A program made the translations under genes and the position numbers. A DNA stretch of 64,000 bases from Pyrinomonadaceae bacterium (GTDB taxonomy: Bacteria; Acidobacteriota; Blastocatellia; Pyrinomonadales; Pyrinomonadaceae). Below are positions 1-10,500 of the stretch, one piece after another (position 1 is the stretch's first letter; every line of letters begins with the position of its first letter). The stretch is from NCBI GenBank assembly GCA_041499185.1, contig JBGQJU010000012.1:4790-68789 (forward strand), written 5' to 3'. Under the pieces are notes generated by a model. The model was given only the letters and a program-made list of their open reading frames with translations, was not told where the DNA came from and did no database searches.

Positions 1-1
1 C

Positions 2-283
2 GGCAAAAAAGGGAAACTCACAGTCGAAGCCGGACCCGCGGATCGCGGCAAAGTGTTCTTCAGTGTGACCGACACTGGCGTCGGTATCAGCGCAGAGTTC
101 ATCAAGAAGCGACTCTTCCGCCCATTTGCCACAAGGAAGCCCAATGGAGTGGGCCTGGGACTCTACACCTGTCGCGAGGTCGTCAGGGCCAACGGCGGCA
201 CAATTGAAGTCGAATCTGCAGAAGGCTCTGGCACAACATTTCGTGTCGTGTTAGCATCGGCGCAGATCAAGTCGCGTGACTAG
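2..283 (+). CDS. sensor histidine kinase, C-terminal HATPase_c fragment (5' end lies outside the window)
   Basis: The frame is open from the window edge. It carries the motifs DTGVGI, GVGLGL and GSGTTF, typical of the HATPase_c G-boxes. A response regulator gene follows about 120 bp downstream. Confidence 0.8.
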   Translation, partial: GKKGKLTVEAGPADRGKVFFSVTDTGVGISAEFIKKRLFRPFATRKPNGVGLGLYTCREVVRANGGTIEVESAEGSGTTFRVVLASAQIKSRD

Positions 284-403
284 ATCGAAGCGGTCCACAA
301 TCTTGTCTGGTTGCGCCTGATAATCCTCCCACAATATGAACTAGAGACTGCAACGGCGGTGGCCATCGAGGCTCCGGCTAGAGGTGACGTGCATTAGTTG
401 ACG

Positions 404-1801
404 ATGGGCAATCGAGTAGAAACAAAAGGAACTGTTCTCGTGGTTGACGACGACGACGCAGTTCGCCACGGACTTTTTTGGGCGCTCAAAGGGGACTATA
501 GCGTGCTCGAGGCGAGGTCGCGAGATGAAGCTGTCGAGCTGATCCAGCGCGAACGTATTGACGTCGTCTTGAGTGACCTGCATTTGCCTCCGCATGTTGA
601 CGATCTGTCTGAAGGCCTGGCGATCGTCGAGGCGGCTCGCCGCGAGCGGCCGCCGGTACCGGTCGTGGTAATCACCGCAAGCGATTCGAAGGACGCGGCG
701 CGGGAAACGGTGAAGCGCGGAGCCTACGGCTTCTTTCAAAAGCCGATTGAGACGGACGAGGTCCTGCACATCGTGCGTCAGGCCGTGCGCCTGCGCCGAC
801 TCGAGCAAGAGATCATCCATCTGCGGGATGCGCTGGCGGCGACGAAAGGCTTTGGTCATCTGATCGGCGCGAGCGCGGCGCTGGAGAAAACAATCAAACA
901 GGCGCGCGCCGTAGCAGCGACCAGCGCGACCGTCTTGCTTATCGGCGAGAACGGCACCGGCAAAGAGATGCTCGCGCGCGCCATTCACGAAGAGAGCCCG
1001 CGTGCCAATGGACCATTTGTGGCGGTCAGTTGCGCCGCGCTGCCGGAATCGCTAATCGAATCAGAGTTATTTGGTCACGAGAAGGGCTCGTTCACTTCGG
1101 CAACGCAAATGAGAAAAGGCCGTTTCGAATTGGCTGACGGCGGCACGCTGCTGCTTGACGAAATTGGCGAGCTTACACCGGCGGTGCAGGTGAAACTGTT
1201 GCGCGTCTTGCAAGAGCGAGCGTTCGAGCGCGTGGGCGGAACAAAAACTATTACGGTGGACATTCGCTTAATTGCCGCCAGCAATAGTGATCTGGAAAAG
1301 GAAGTCGCGGCGGGCGCCTTTCGCCGCGATCTGTTTTACCGCCTCAATGTAGTGCCACTGACGTTGCCTGCACTGCGTGATCGACGAGAAGACATACCTG
1401 TGCTCGCGGCCCACTTTGCGGCTAAGGTGGCAGAGAAACATGGGCGGCCCGGGCCAGAACTCGATCCGCTTCTGATTGAAGCGCTCCAGGATTACGAATG
1501 GGCCGGGAATGTCCGCGAATTGGAAAACCTGATCGAGCGGTTGGTCGTGCTGAGCAGTGGTCCAACATTAGGACTGGAGTTCCTGCCCGAAAAGTTGCTG
1601 CGCGTGTTGCCGGACTCCAGTAGAGCTGACGAAACGACACTGGAGGGCGCCGCCACAGCACTGAAGCGTCGGATGATCGTGAGCGCCCTGCAAAGCGAGG
1701 GCGGCAATAAGGTCGCAGCCGCAAAACGACTGGGCATCAGCCGTTCGTATCTGCACCGATTGATTAATGAGTTTGGTTTGGGAGTGTATCACGTGACCTA
1801 A
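404..1801 (+). CDS. sigma-54-dependent response regulator (NtrC family; REC + AAA+ + Fis-type HTH; resembles the PEP-CTERM-box regulator PrsR)
   Basis: REC domain (VLVVDDDD...DLHLPP). Walker A GENGTGKE and Walker B LLLDEIGEL. ESELFGHEKGSFTSA occupies the position of the GAFTGA loop. C-terminal HTH AAKRLGISRSYLHRLI. The ATG at 404 is preferred over the TTG at 398. Confidence 0.9.
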   Translation: MGNRVETKGTVLVVDDDDAVRHGLFWALKGDYSVLEARSRDEAVELIQRERIDVVLSDLHLPPHVDDLSEGLAIVEAARRERPPVPVVVITASDSKDAARETVKRGAYGFFQKPIETDEVLHIVRQAVRLRRLEQEIIHLRDALAATKGFGHLIGASAALEKTIKQARAVAATSATVLLIGENGTGKEMLARAIHEESPRANGPFVAVSCAALPESLIESELFGHEKGSFTSATQMRKGRFELADGGTLLLDEIGELTPAVQVKLLRVLQERAFERVGGTKTITVDIRLIAASNSDLEKEVAAGAFRRDLFYRLNVVPLTLPALRDRREDIPVLAAHFAAKVAEKHGRPGPELDPLLIEALQDYEWAGNVRELENLIERLVVLSSGPTLGLEFLPEKLLRVLPDSSRADETTLEGAATALKRRMIVSALQSEGGNKVAAAKRLGISRSYLHRLINEFGLGVYHVT

Positions 1802-1813
1802 GGGCCTGAGTCC

Positions 1814-2371
1814 TCAATTCAATCTCAGGCTCAGTTGATTACCTTGTGAAACACTGATGTCTCTCATCGTAGGCCCAACATCATTTGGCCAACTGTATAG
1901 AATGCTCTGAAGTCCGCCAGGAAGCGAATTGTCGAGCGCAGCGACAAGTCCCGATACGCGGTAAAAATGAGGAACCATTAGATCGTCTTGGCTTACCAGC
2001 ACATTGGCTGTACGAGTCCCGAGCTTTTCCAGTAGGGGCTTGGGATTCTTGAGAAACGCAATTAGGAAGAACTGCAGCTGGTATTTCACTTGGGATGCAG
2101 CTGAATAGGAAAAGACGGGCCCGTGAGAAAACTCATCAGTCAGCGGTGACAGTTCAAAAGAATTGAAACTTCGAAGAACTGGGACTTCTTCGAGTAGTTC
2201 GCGTCGAGCTGCTCTTCTTAGACTTCGGCCATCTTGATCCCGCTCATGACCACCAATAAAATTTATGTCCTTCCACCTTGGATCTCGACGCATCAGGTAG
2301 TGGGACGCACCATCAATTTGGAACTTCATGACAATGAAGCCACAACGAGAGATTTTGAGATTCTCACTCAT
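1814..2371 (-). CDS. Nudix hydrolase family protein
   Basis: Nudix-box-like GGHERDQDGRSLRRAARRELLEEVPV. The start overlaps the stop of the upstream gene by 4 nt (ATGA). GC is lower than in the flanks. Confidence 0.75.
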   Translation of the reverse strand: MSENLKISRCGFIVMKFQIDGASHYLMRRDPRWKDINFIGGHERDQDGRSLRRAARRELLEEVPVLRSFNSFELSPLTDEFSHGPVFSYSAASQVKYQLQFFLIAFLKNPKPLLEKLGTRTANVLVSQDDLMVPHFYRVSGLVAALDNSLPGGLQSILYSWPNDVGPTMRDISVSQGNQLSLRLN

Positions 2372-3714
2372 GACCCACTTCCAATCTGGTTAAGGATGGC
2401 TCGCGACCAGCTTTCTAAGCTCAGCTCGTCCTCATGGCCTATCAAATCACCCAAATCCACAAACTCCCCAACGAGTCCATGACCGCGCTTTTTTCGAAAC
2501 TCCTTCTTCTTGAGATCCATCGCCGTATGTGGGTTGTCGATACGGATTCTATAGACGAGTCCAAAATGACGGCTGCTTTTGGCGTCATCACGGTCCCAAC
2601 AGTATCCTGCGGGGTCAGCGGCAAAGACTCTACTCACAAAGAGAGAACCGGACACTCTCTCCTGCAACGTCGACTTTAATAATTCTGGAATACTGGTACC
2701 TTCTCCCTTTGTGACGTGGCATCCCTGCCAAATCGTTGCTTTGCCGTATAGTCGATACTTAGGGTCAGCCTCCTTTCGCTGAAACAAGAACACTTGATCC
2801 TCGTAGGTCAATAAGCCGCAGGGAATGATTTGGACGTACGCGGATTCCAATTCAGCATCCACTCTTGACATGAATCTCCCACATTCTTTAATGCATGAGA
2901 TGGCATCGATAACAGCTTTCTCCCCAAAGGCTCCACCACGTTCTAGTGGAAGTGTCTGCAATTCTTTTCTTGGAACAACCAGTACCTCCGGATTCAGGAA
3001 AGCTTCCAGGCAATCTAGAATCTTCGACACTAACTCGATATTCGACTCCCTAGGCTTTTGCCCGGTAGTCTGATGTTTGATAATTGCGCCGAACCTGGAG
3101 CCGTAGCGTTTCGACGCTTCTTCGACAGACTCAGTAATAGCAGCCAACACTGGCGGGTTCATGATGCTACCCATCTTTTGGGTGATGCGATTGGCGGTTT
3201 CACGATCAAGCGCTTCTTCAGCGGACACGTTCATAACGATCGCCAAATCAACTAATCTACGCCAACGGCTTAACAAGAGGAAAGTCTCTATCGTTCTGGC
3301 TTCGCTGGCAGTTAACTCGCCGCGTTTTTCCTGCAATGTCATCCAGACAAGCGCGTCGAATAGGCCTCGGTCGATAATAATAAGATCCGTTTCCGTCTCC
3401 ACATTCGCGAGAAGTTCTGCGAGCATGGATGCAGCGCACCACGTGTTAAAGAACAAGTGTCCCTTCATTGGAATAGGGCAAACTGCGGCTCTCTCTGCCA
3501 ATACATGGACCCGAAAGCCTTGGCGCGTGAAGAAGTGACGGATGGCCTCTACAGATGTGCTTTTGCCTGATTTTGGAGTGCCGGCGAATTCCATAACAAA
3601 AGCCCGAGGGGCGTATTGAAGGAATCCCCTTAACTTGTCCGCCCGAGCCTCTAGTTTTGTTACTTCGAACTCGATATCGGAGGACACAACACTTCCCTTA
3701 TCAGAATTGTCCAT
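2368..3714 (-). CDS. fusion protein: N-terminal P-loop nucleoside/nucleotide-kinase-like domain + C-terminal Nudix-fold-like domain
   Basis: Walker A GTPKSGKST and a dNK-like DRGLFDALVW motif. The C-terminal about 200 aa (IIPCGLLTYEDQVFLFQRK...WQGCHVTKGEG...LQERVSG) has a Nudix-like layout with a degenerate box. Confidence 0.7.
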   Translation of the reverse strand: MDNSDKGSVVSSDIEFEVTKLEARADKLRGFLQYAPRAFVMEFAGTPKSGKSTSVEAIRHFFTRQGFRVHVLAERAAVCPIPMKGHLFFNTWCAASMLAELLANVETETDLIIIDRGLFDALVWMTLQEKRGELTASEARTIETFLLLSRWRRLVDLAIVMNVSAEEALDRETANRITQKMGSIMNPPVLAAITESVEEASKRYGSRFGAIIKHQTTGQKPRESNIELVSKILDCLEAFLNPEVLVVPRKELQTLPLERGGAFGEKAVIDAISCIKECGRFMSRVDAELESAYVQIIPCGLLTYEDQVFLFQRKEADPKYRLYGKATIWQGCHVTKGEGTSIPELLKSTLQERVSGSLFVSRVFAADPAGYCWDRDDAKSSRHFGLVYRIRIDNPHTAMDLKKKEFRKKRGHGLVGEFVDLGDLIGHEDELSLESWSRAILNQIGSGS

Positions 3715-3871
3715 AGTCAGCGGTGTCTATGTTTCCTGAAAGCCTCGAAGAACGATTCTGATCAGATTGGAGATCAAAAACTGGGTTACCGTATCACGCC
3801 ATACGATTGCTCGCAACGGCGAGAAACCGGCGATGTTGGAGAATATCCGTCAAATCTTTTTTGCTGCCAGC

Positions 3872-5875
3872 TCACTGCCCAGGCGCGGTCGTCGATCCTT
3901 TTTCCTTTCGCTCGCCAAGCTTCACGATCCACAAGCCGGTGTGAATATCGTTGAAGTAGATCAACCCATTCTGCGGCTGCGCGCCCCAGCAGAACGGCAG
4001 GTTCGGACGATAGCCTTCTGCGTCTCCGGTCCAGATGCGACCGATTTCGCGTCCTTGCCGATACAGATCGCCGCGCAGCTCGCCTGAGACATCGACCACG
4101 CGACCGCCACCGCTGTAGTAGCCCATGTACATGATGTCGTTATCGACCCACATGTTGTGAGCGCCCGCTTCGGGAACCGGATACTCTGCCACCTTGCGCG
4201 GGTGCTCGATGTCGGAAACGTCGATGACGTGAGCAATGCCCCGCACCGGAATGCGTTTCCTGGACACAAGATTGAACGTCGCGGGGAAAACCTCATCGCC
4301 GATGAAGACATAGTTCTTATAACGAAAAACTGAGTGCGTTCCGGCGAGCCAGCCATTACCGTAAAGCTCGTTGTGGTTGAAGCGAAACTGGCTGACGAAC
4401 TCAGGCTTTTCCGGGCTGCCACCTTTAATACCATTGCCGACGTCGAGAATGATTAGTCCGTCTCGCCAGTAAGCGAGATAGGCTAGTCCGTCCTTCACTT
4501 GCAAGTCGTGCAAGTACCGCCCGCCGACCTCTTCGCCTTCGGCGGTCTTGACCGTATTCGCCACCTGATTATCAACTTGCCAGCGCGCGACTTCTTTCGG
4601 ATTTTTCACATCGGCAAAATCTATAACGCGCATCGAGCCGGTCGCGTCGTCGGTGAGATAGACGTAGTGGCCATTGACGAACGCGCTGTGCACGCCGCCC
4701 GTCACCGTGAGCGTGTATTCAGAGATTGGTTTTGGATGTGCCGGATCGGAGTTGTCATAGAAGGCGATGCCGTTCTTACGATTCGAAGCGCCCTCGCGCG
4801 AGATAACGAGGATCTTTCCGTCCGCGGTGGTGCTGATGTCGTTGATGATGCGCGCGTCAACTTTAATGGTATCGGTCAGTTTTGGATGCGCGGGATCGGA
4901 AATGTCATAAACGAAGAAGCTATCTGAAATCGTGGAGAAGTAGGCATGGTTGCCCATGATCCACTCTTCCGCGCCCTGAACATCTTTCAACGGCGCGCGC
5001 CCTACGACTTCGAGCGTGCGCTCGGCTTTCCGCGGCGTAACCACCACGGACCCACTCGCGATGCGGGCGCCGATCGTTGCGGTCACGATGTAAGTTCCCG
5101 GCTGCTCGGCGACAAACCCGCCATCGGGATCGATTGTCGCGCCGGCGCCACTCACGGCCCAGCGCGGAGCAAAATTTTCACTTGAACCGCTTGGCACCGC
5201 TTTGAAGTGGATCACGTCGCCGGTGCGACCGTTTGCGGAAGCAGGTTCGACTGATAGTCCGCTCAGGGTGTTCTTAACTACGTTGACTGCGACCGTTCCG
5301 CTTGCTGAACCTGAGCTGGCGCGCAACGTTGCTTTTCCAGGACCGATTCCCGTGACCATGCCGGCGGCGTCCACTGCGGCGACGGACGGATTCTCCGAGG
5401 CCCAGGCCAGGTTTACGTCGCTGCGCGGGTTGCCGTTGAAAACCCGCGCAGTAGCGTTCAACTTGATCGTTCCTCCGACGATGATCGGCGCGCTCAAGGG
5501 ATCAATCTCAATCGTTTTCACCGGCGCGGGTTTGACGGTAACTTTTGTGAAGCCCGGTTTACCGGCGATGAGCGCTCCGACCGTTACCTCGCCCGGTTGA
5601 TAGAAACTCACAGTGCCGTTCTCGTCCGCGGCCGCCAGATCAAACGGCGCCGCAAACCAGACAGCGGTCTTCTCGTCGAGTGGCTTGCCCGAGTCATCCT
5701 TTGCCACAGCGGAAAACTTCACCTTTTGACCGACTTCGATGTCGGTCGTTGCCGGCGTGACCTCAACGGTCTTAACCGTCGGACCATTTGTGCCCTGACC
5801 GCGAGCTGCGCCAGCGGTGATGGCCATTAGCAATGAAAGGCACAAAACAACAAAAACGTCTCGGGCTGTTCGCAT
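3872..5875 (-). CDS. secreted protein with Big_2 Ig-like domains and an LVIVD-repeat beta-propeller
   Basis: Signal peptide MRTARDVFVVLCLSLLMAITAGAARG preceded by AGGAG. Repeated Ig-like segments (VEVTPATTDIEVGQKVKFSAVAKDD...). LVIVD-type repeats (DGKILVISRE, DGLIILDVGN, GGRVVDVSG, GLWIVKL). The ATG at 5875 is preferred over 5923. Confidence 0.8.
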   Translation of the reverse strand: MRTARDVFVVLCLSLLMAITAGAARGQGTNGPTVKTVEVTPATTDIEVGQKVKFSAVAKDDSGKPLDEKTAVWFAAPFDLAAADENGTVSFYQPGEVTVGALIAGKPGFTKVTVKPAPVKTIEIDPLSAPIIVGGTIKLNATARVFNGNPRSDVNLAWASENPSVAAVDAAGMVTGIGPGKATLRASSGSASGTVAVNVVKNTLSGLSVEPASANGRTGDVIHFKAVPSGSSENFAPRWAVSGAGATIDPDGGFVAEQPGTYIVTATIGARIASGSVVVTPRKAERTLEVVGRAPLKDVQGAEEWIMGNHAYFSTISDSFFVYDISDPAHPKLTDTIKVDARIINDISTTADGKILVISREGASNRKNGIAFYDNSDPAHPKPISEYTLTVTGGVHSAFVNGHYVYLTDDATGSMRVIDFADVKNPKEVARWQVDNQVANTVKTAEGEEVGGRYLHDLQVKDGLAYLAYWRDGLIILDVGNGIKGGSPEKPEFVSQFRFNHNELYGNGWLAGTHSVFRYKNYVFIGDEVFPATFNLVSRKRIPVRGIAHVIDVSDIEHPRKVAEYPVPEAGAHNMWVDNDIMYMGYYSGGGRVVDVSGELRGDLYRQGREIGRIWTGDAEGYRPNLPFCWGAQPQNGLIYFNDIHTGLWIVKLGERKEKGSTTAPGQ

Positions 5876-6021
5876 TATTATTCTCCTGAAGTGAATAGCA
5901 TATTTGGGCGATGTGACTTGCAATCTTATGCGTTGGAGATCCGCCGCGCAAGCAACGGGGCCGTCAGTGCTTGAACGGAAACCCTCATTACGCCATTATT
6001 CTGTACAAGGTTTCAGTTAGC

Positions 6022-6900
6022 ATGGCCAATGTCCAACAACGCCTGCCCGAAAATGTTCCGGGCGATTTCTTCGTCGACTCGAGCTGCATCGATTGTGACG
6101 CCTGCCGTCAGATTGCGCCCGAGTCGTTTCGAGATGTCGGCGAGGCGTCGGTCGTCTATCACCAACCGGCGACGGCGGAGGAGACGCGGCGCGCGTTGAT
6201 GGCGCTGGTTGCTTGTCCCACCGGATCGATCGGAACCTTGCAGCGTCACAACTTTCACGCCGGCATTGACCCCTTTCCCGCGCCTGTCGCGGAGAATGTA
6301 TACTTTTGCGGATTCACCGCAGAGTCGAGCTTTGGCGCGTGGAGTTATTTGATCCTGCGTCCTGAGTTGGAGGGTGGCAATGTGCTCGTCGATTCGCCGC
6401 GCTTTGCCACGCAACTCGTCAAGCGCATCGCAGTGATGGGTGGCGTGCGCAAAATGTTTCTGACGCACCGCGACGACGTTGCTGACCACGCGAGATTTGC
6501 CGAGAAGTTTGCATGCGTTCGCGTCATGCATGCGGCCGACGGCGCGAAGCGACTCGGAATAGAGCACGCGATCGCCGGCGAAGAAGCAGTTCAACTGGAT
6601 CGCGATCTGATTGCGATTCCGGCTCCAGGCCATACGCGCGGCCACGTGGTCCTGCTCTACCAAAACCGCTTCTTATTCAGCGGCGATCATCTTGCATGGT
6701 CAGCCGAGCGCGAAACATTGACCGCCTTTCGAAGCGTTTGCTGGTATTCCTGGGACGAGCAGATACGATCGATGGAAAAGCTTTTGCATTACGACTTCGA
6801 GTGGGTCCTGCCGGGTCACGGACGTATTCATCACGCGAGCGCGGCAAACATGCACGTACACCTTGAACGTTGCATCGCGTGGATGAAGGCCAGGCGTTGA
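6022..6900 (+). CDS. ferredoxin-like domain fused to an MBL-fold metallo-hydrolase
   Basis: N-terminal FFVDSSCIDCDACRQIAPESF (single 4Fe-4S ferredoxin type). MBL motifs THRDDVADH, PGHTRGH and LPGHG. The ATG at 6022 is preferred over the TTG at 5971. Confidence 0.8.
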   Translation: MANVQQRLPENVPGDFFVDSSCIDCDACRQIAPESFRDVGEASVVYHQPATAEETRRALMALVACPTGSIGTLQRHNFHAGIDPFPAPVAENVYFCGFTAESSFGAWSYLILRPELEGGNVLVDSPRFATQLVKRIAVMGGVRKMFLTHRDDVADHARFAEKFACVRVMHAADGAKRLGIEHAIAGEEAVQLDRDLIAIPAPGHTRGHVVLLYQNRFLFSGDHLAWSAERETLTAFRSVCWYSWDEQIRSMEKLLHYDFEWVLPGHGRIHHASAANMHVHLERCIAWMKARR

Positions 6901-6950
6901 ACGTGTGAAGCAATAGTTATTCAACTACCAGTTAGAGAAAGAGGAAACCA

Positions 6951-7433
6951 ATGACCAAGAATCAAAACATTGCCGCGGGCTGCGGCGCGGCTGGTTGCCT
7001 GGGCTTGATTGTGATCATAATCGTAGGTTGCATCATTTATTTTAGCCTGTATCGAAACCGACCCAGCTCTACGAACTACAACTATAATTCGAATTCGAAC
7101 TCGAACTCGAACTCGAACTCGAACCGAAACCAAAACAGCGGATCCAGCAACAGCAACTCTTCGGCTTCGCCCTCAACCAGTTCGTCCTCGTCAATGTCTG
7201 ACGACGACCGGCACAAGCTCTTTCAGGCGGCGAGCATGACGCAAGATCAGGACTTGATTCAAAGAGTAGCGAAAAAGATCGGTCTGGTGAAAGCCGACGG
7301 TACGTCGTCCGATGAATCCGCTCAGTTTGCCAAGGACCACATCGCCTGGGCGATTAGCAATGTCGAATTCATCCGTTCCGTCAGCACGCCGGAAAGCGCC
7401 AGGGCTTACGTGGACGCGCATCTCAAGGACTGA
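6951..7433 (+). CDS. membrane-anchored protein with an Asn/Ser low-complexity linker
   Basis: AGAGGAAACCAATG ribosome-binding context. One N-terminal TM helix (LGLIVIIIVGCIIYF), an (NS)n/S-rich tract, then a roughly 80-aa C-terminal domain. Confidence 0.7.
   Translation: MTKNQNIAAGCGAAGCLGLIVIIIVGCIIYFSLYRNRPSSTNYNYNSNSNSNSNSNSNRNQNSGSSNSNSSASPSTSSSSSMSDDDRHKLFQAASMTQDQDLIQRVAKKIGLVKADGTSSDESAQFAKDHIAWAISNVEFIRSVSTPESARAYVDAHLKD
7089..7130. repeat. in-frame hexanucleotide microsatellite (TCGAAY)7 encoding (NS)n
   Basis: Direct reading: tcgaat followed by six perfect tcgaac units. Confidence 0.95.
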
Positions 7434-7500
7434 CCCGACAGATCGGAGGAAGCGAATTATGAAGAGACGATTGACCGTGCGATCTCTGATAATTCGTTGA

Positions 7501-10500
7501 ATGGTTCCGCCAGGCTCGAGTCATGGAGTTAGGGTGTCAAAAGAAATCTGGTTAGGTCCGCTGCTTGGCAACAATCGTTCGCGTTTGGTCGAGCGCTGCG
7601 CCGATCTTGTCTCACAAAACAAGGCTAACAGCTTTCTGTATCTCGCCGCTTCTCATCCGCTGCTGGAGATCGTCACGCAAGGTATTCTTGATGGTGAAAA
7701 TAATCGCGGCGTTTGGGGCGAGTTGCCCGTCTATCTCTTTCGTGGTCTTGTCAGGCGAATTCTTTCAGCTGCTATTGACGAAAGTGGGCAGACGCTTACA
7801 CCACGCGTTCCGATCGACCAAGACGAGCTGCCGCTAAGACGAAGTTTGATCTCGCAGATTCTGGCGCGTCTGATGGGTACGGGCAAACTGAAAGCAATCG
7901 CCCCGCTCGCCTATCGCGAAGGATGCATCAATACGATCGCGACGCTGATTGGCGAGATCGAGCGGGCCGCCAAGTCACCCGCCGAAGTTACAGCGATCAT
8001 CGCGGCCCGCACCAATGACCTTGCACCACAAACAAGTGCGACGAAGCGCGGCGTTCATACGCAGATTGATTTCGATAAAGAGGTCGCGCTGATCTACTCG
8101 ACTTATTGCGAGTTGCTGAATCGGCATCGGCTCACCGAAGCAGACGCGGATAGTTTGCGCGCTCTCTCAGTTCTCAACGGCGAGCTTGACGGGCAAAAGG
8201 TACAAATCTCAGCGCTGGCCGATGTGCAACTGCTCGTGCTCGATGGCTTTTTTGACTTCACGCCGGTGCAGGGCGAGATCTTGCGTCGGTTAGTTCCCCG
8301 GATTCCCAAGGTAATCGTCAATCTGAATCACGACGAGCGCAATCCGGAGATCTTTCTGCCGTTTCAGGAAACCATCGAGCATATTTCGTCCGTCGCGCCT
8401 TTTGAGAAAAAGTGGAGCGGCTATAAGAACATCGCTCTTACACGCGGCGCTCTCTCGGGTCTGCGGGAAAACTTGTTCAATCCCTCACTATCTACCGAGC
8501 AACAACCCGAAGACCCTGGGAGCGGGGAGGCAGTCGAGATCCGATACTTTGAATCTGGTGATCGCGATACCGAGATTCACGCAGTTGCCAAAGAGATCAA
8601 ACGGCTCGTCCTGCGTGAAGGTTACAGTCTGGCGGACGTCGCGCTTGTCGTACGTCAGCGCGCGTCGTACGCCGACACGATCGCTCGCGTGATGCGCGAA
8701 GAATCGCTGCCCTGCAATCTGGAATCAAGGATTGTAGCCAACGACATTCCCGCCAACCGCGCAGCGCTCAAACTGTTTGCGATTCTCGAGCAGCTTTCGC
8801 GTGACGAAATCACTACTCCGAAAGTTTCCGCGCTGGCCGACCTGATCAAGTCGGAATACTTCCGTCTGAGCGAGGAAGATCTGAGCTCACTTTTGTCGAA
8901 GTTCAATGCCGAGCACTCCGGGCTGTTGCGGGAAAGCGATCAAACGCCTGACGCCAAACGCGAAGCACAACTAAAAAATCGTTACCGCATCGGTGTGTGG
9001 GACGCGGACTCACTTGAGAATACGTTCGCCTATGTAGGCAGCGAACTGCGCGTGAGCGAGTGGCTAAACCGCGCCCGCCAACTGATAAAAGAACTTCCCG
9101 CCGCCGCCGCAACCAAAGAACTTCTGAACATCGACACCACCGAGCAAGCGCGCGATCCGGACGAGGCCGACCAGATCGAGAACGCCGAAACGGCAAAGGT
9201 TGAGAGTGCGGACGTCGAGAAGAAGCGTCGCCCATCGCGCGACATCCATCCCGCAGCGATCGCCTGGGCCTCGCTCGTGATTCAAAGTTTCGCCGAGCGG
9301 ATACAAGCCATTTCCCGCGAAGGCAAGCCTGCCGATTTGCGTCTGGCGTTGATGAAATTGCTCGATCACTTCTGTTTTCGCGAGCAAATTGCAAAGCCAA
9401 TCAGGAGTGCAGTTCAAGACCGCGAACTCCCGCTAGCAATGCTCAACTTCAATAGTCTCGAATCCCTGCGTCGCGCTTTTGTGGCGACCATCAAGAGTAT
9501 CGAGATCGCCGCTGACATCGGGTCAGAACCACCTGCGGTAGCGGGTGGGTTTAATGCGGCAACAACAACCAGGCTCGCAACTTTCATTGAAGAGGTGCGT
9601 CGTTGCCTCGGCTCGCAGTCGCAACTGTTTGGCGCCAGGGATGCGCGAGGCCTGCGCGTGCTCGAAGCAACGGACGTGCGTGGACTGCGCTTTCGCGCCG
9701 TCTTCATCGCGGGATTGGTTGAAGGTGGATTTCCCTTGCGTGCTTCGCGTGACTGGATCTACCCGCATGAAGAGCGCGAGCGGCTGAAAGTTTACGGCCT
9801 AACGCTGGAAGATATTTCGCCGGCGACGCTTTTGAAAGAGGAACACTATTTTTATCAGGCAGCGTGTCGCGCCACCGAACGGCTCTACCTCAGCCGCCCG
9901 CTATTGTTGGAAGACGATTCTGAAACCGTCGCCTCTTATTATATCGATGAGCTGCGGCGTGCCGTCGCGCCACTTAAGATTGAAGCTGAGACGATTCGTC
10001 GCGATTACGACGCCAAGAACCTGGAGGAAGTCTCAACCACGAGCGAACTGGATGTCGCGTTGGTGCGCCAGCAAGAGAGGCACATTCATCGCGGCGAGAA
10101 ACGGGAGTTACTGCCACAGCCACGCATCAAGCGAATGCTGACCCTGGCGCGCAACGATGGTTTCCTGAGCGACTCCGCCTTGCGGCGCATCGAAATCGAG
10201 CGCGAGCGCGCCAGTCAATCGTTTGGACCTTACGACGGCGAGATCACCGATCCGCATCTGATTGCCCTGCTGAACCAGAGATTCGGTCCGAACTTTGTGC
10301 ATAGCGCGAGCGGCCTGAGTGTGTATGGCAATTGCGCGTACCGTTTCTTTGCCCAGCGAGTATTGAAGTTGGAGCCGCGTGGTGAAGCGGCGCTCGATCT
10401 GCAAGCGATCGACGCGGGCAAGCTGCTGCACGACATTCTGCGGCGTTTCTTCGAGCAGCATCGACGCCAGCCGCTTTATAAATTGGATCGCGAAGCGCTG

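Noticed and set aside
341-988. 215-aa minus-strand ORF
   Set aside because: It lies entirely antisense to the well-supported sigma-54 response regulator. Its Arg/Ala-rich composition is typical of shadow ORFs in GC-rich DNA.
6013-6663. 216-aa minus-strand ORF
   Set aside because: It is antisense to the ferredoxin-MBL gene, Arg-rich, and has no recognisable motifs.
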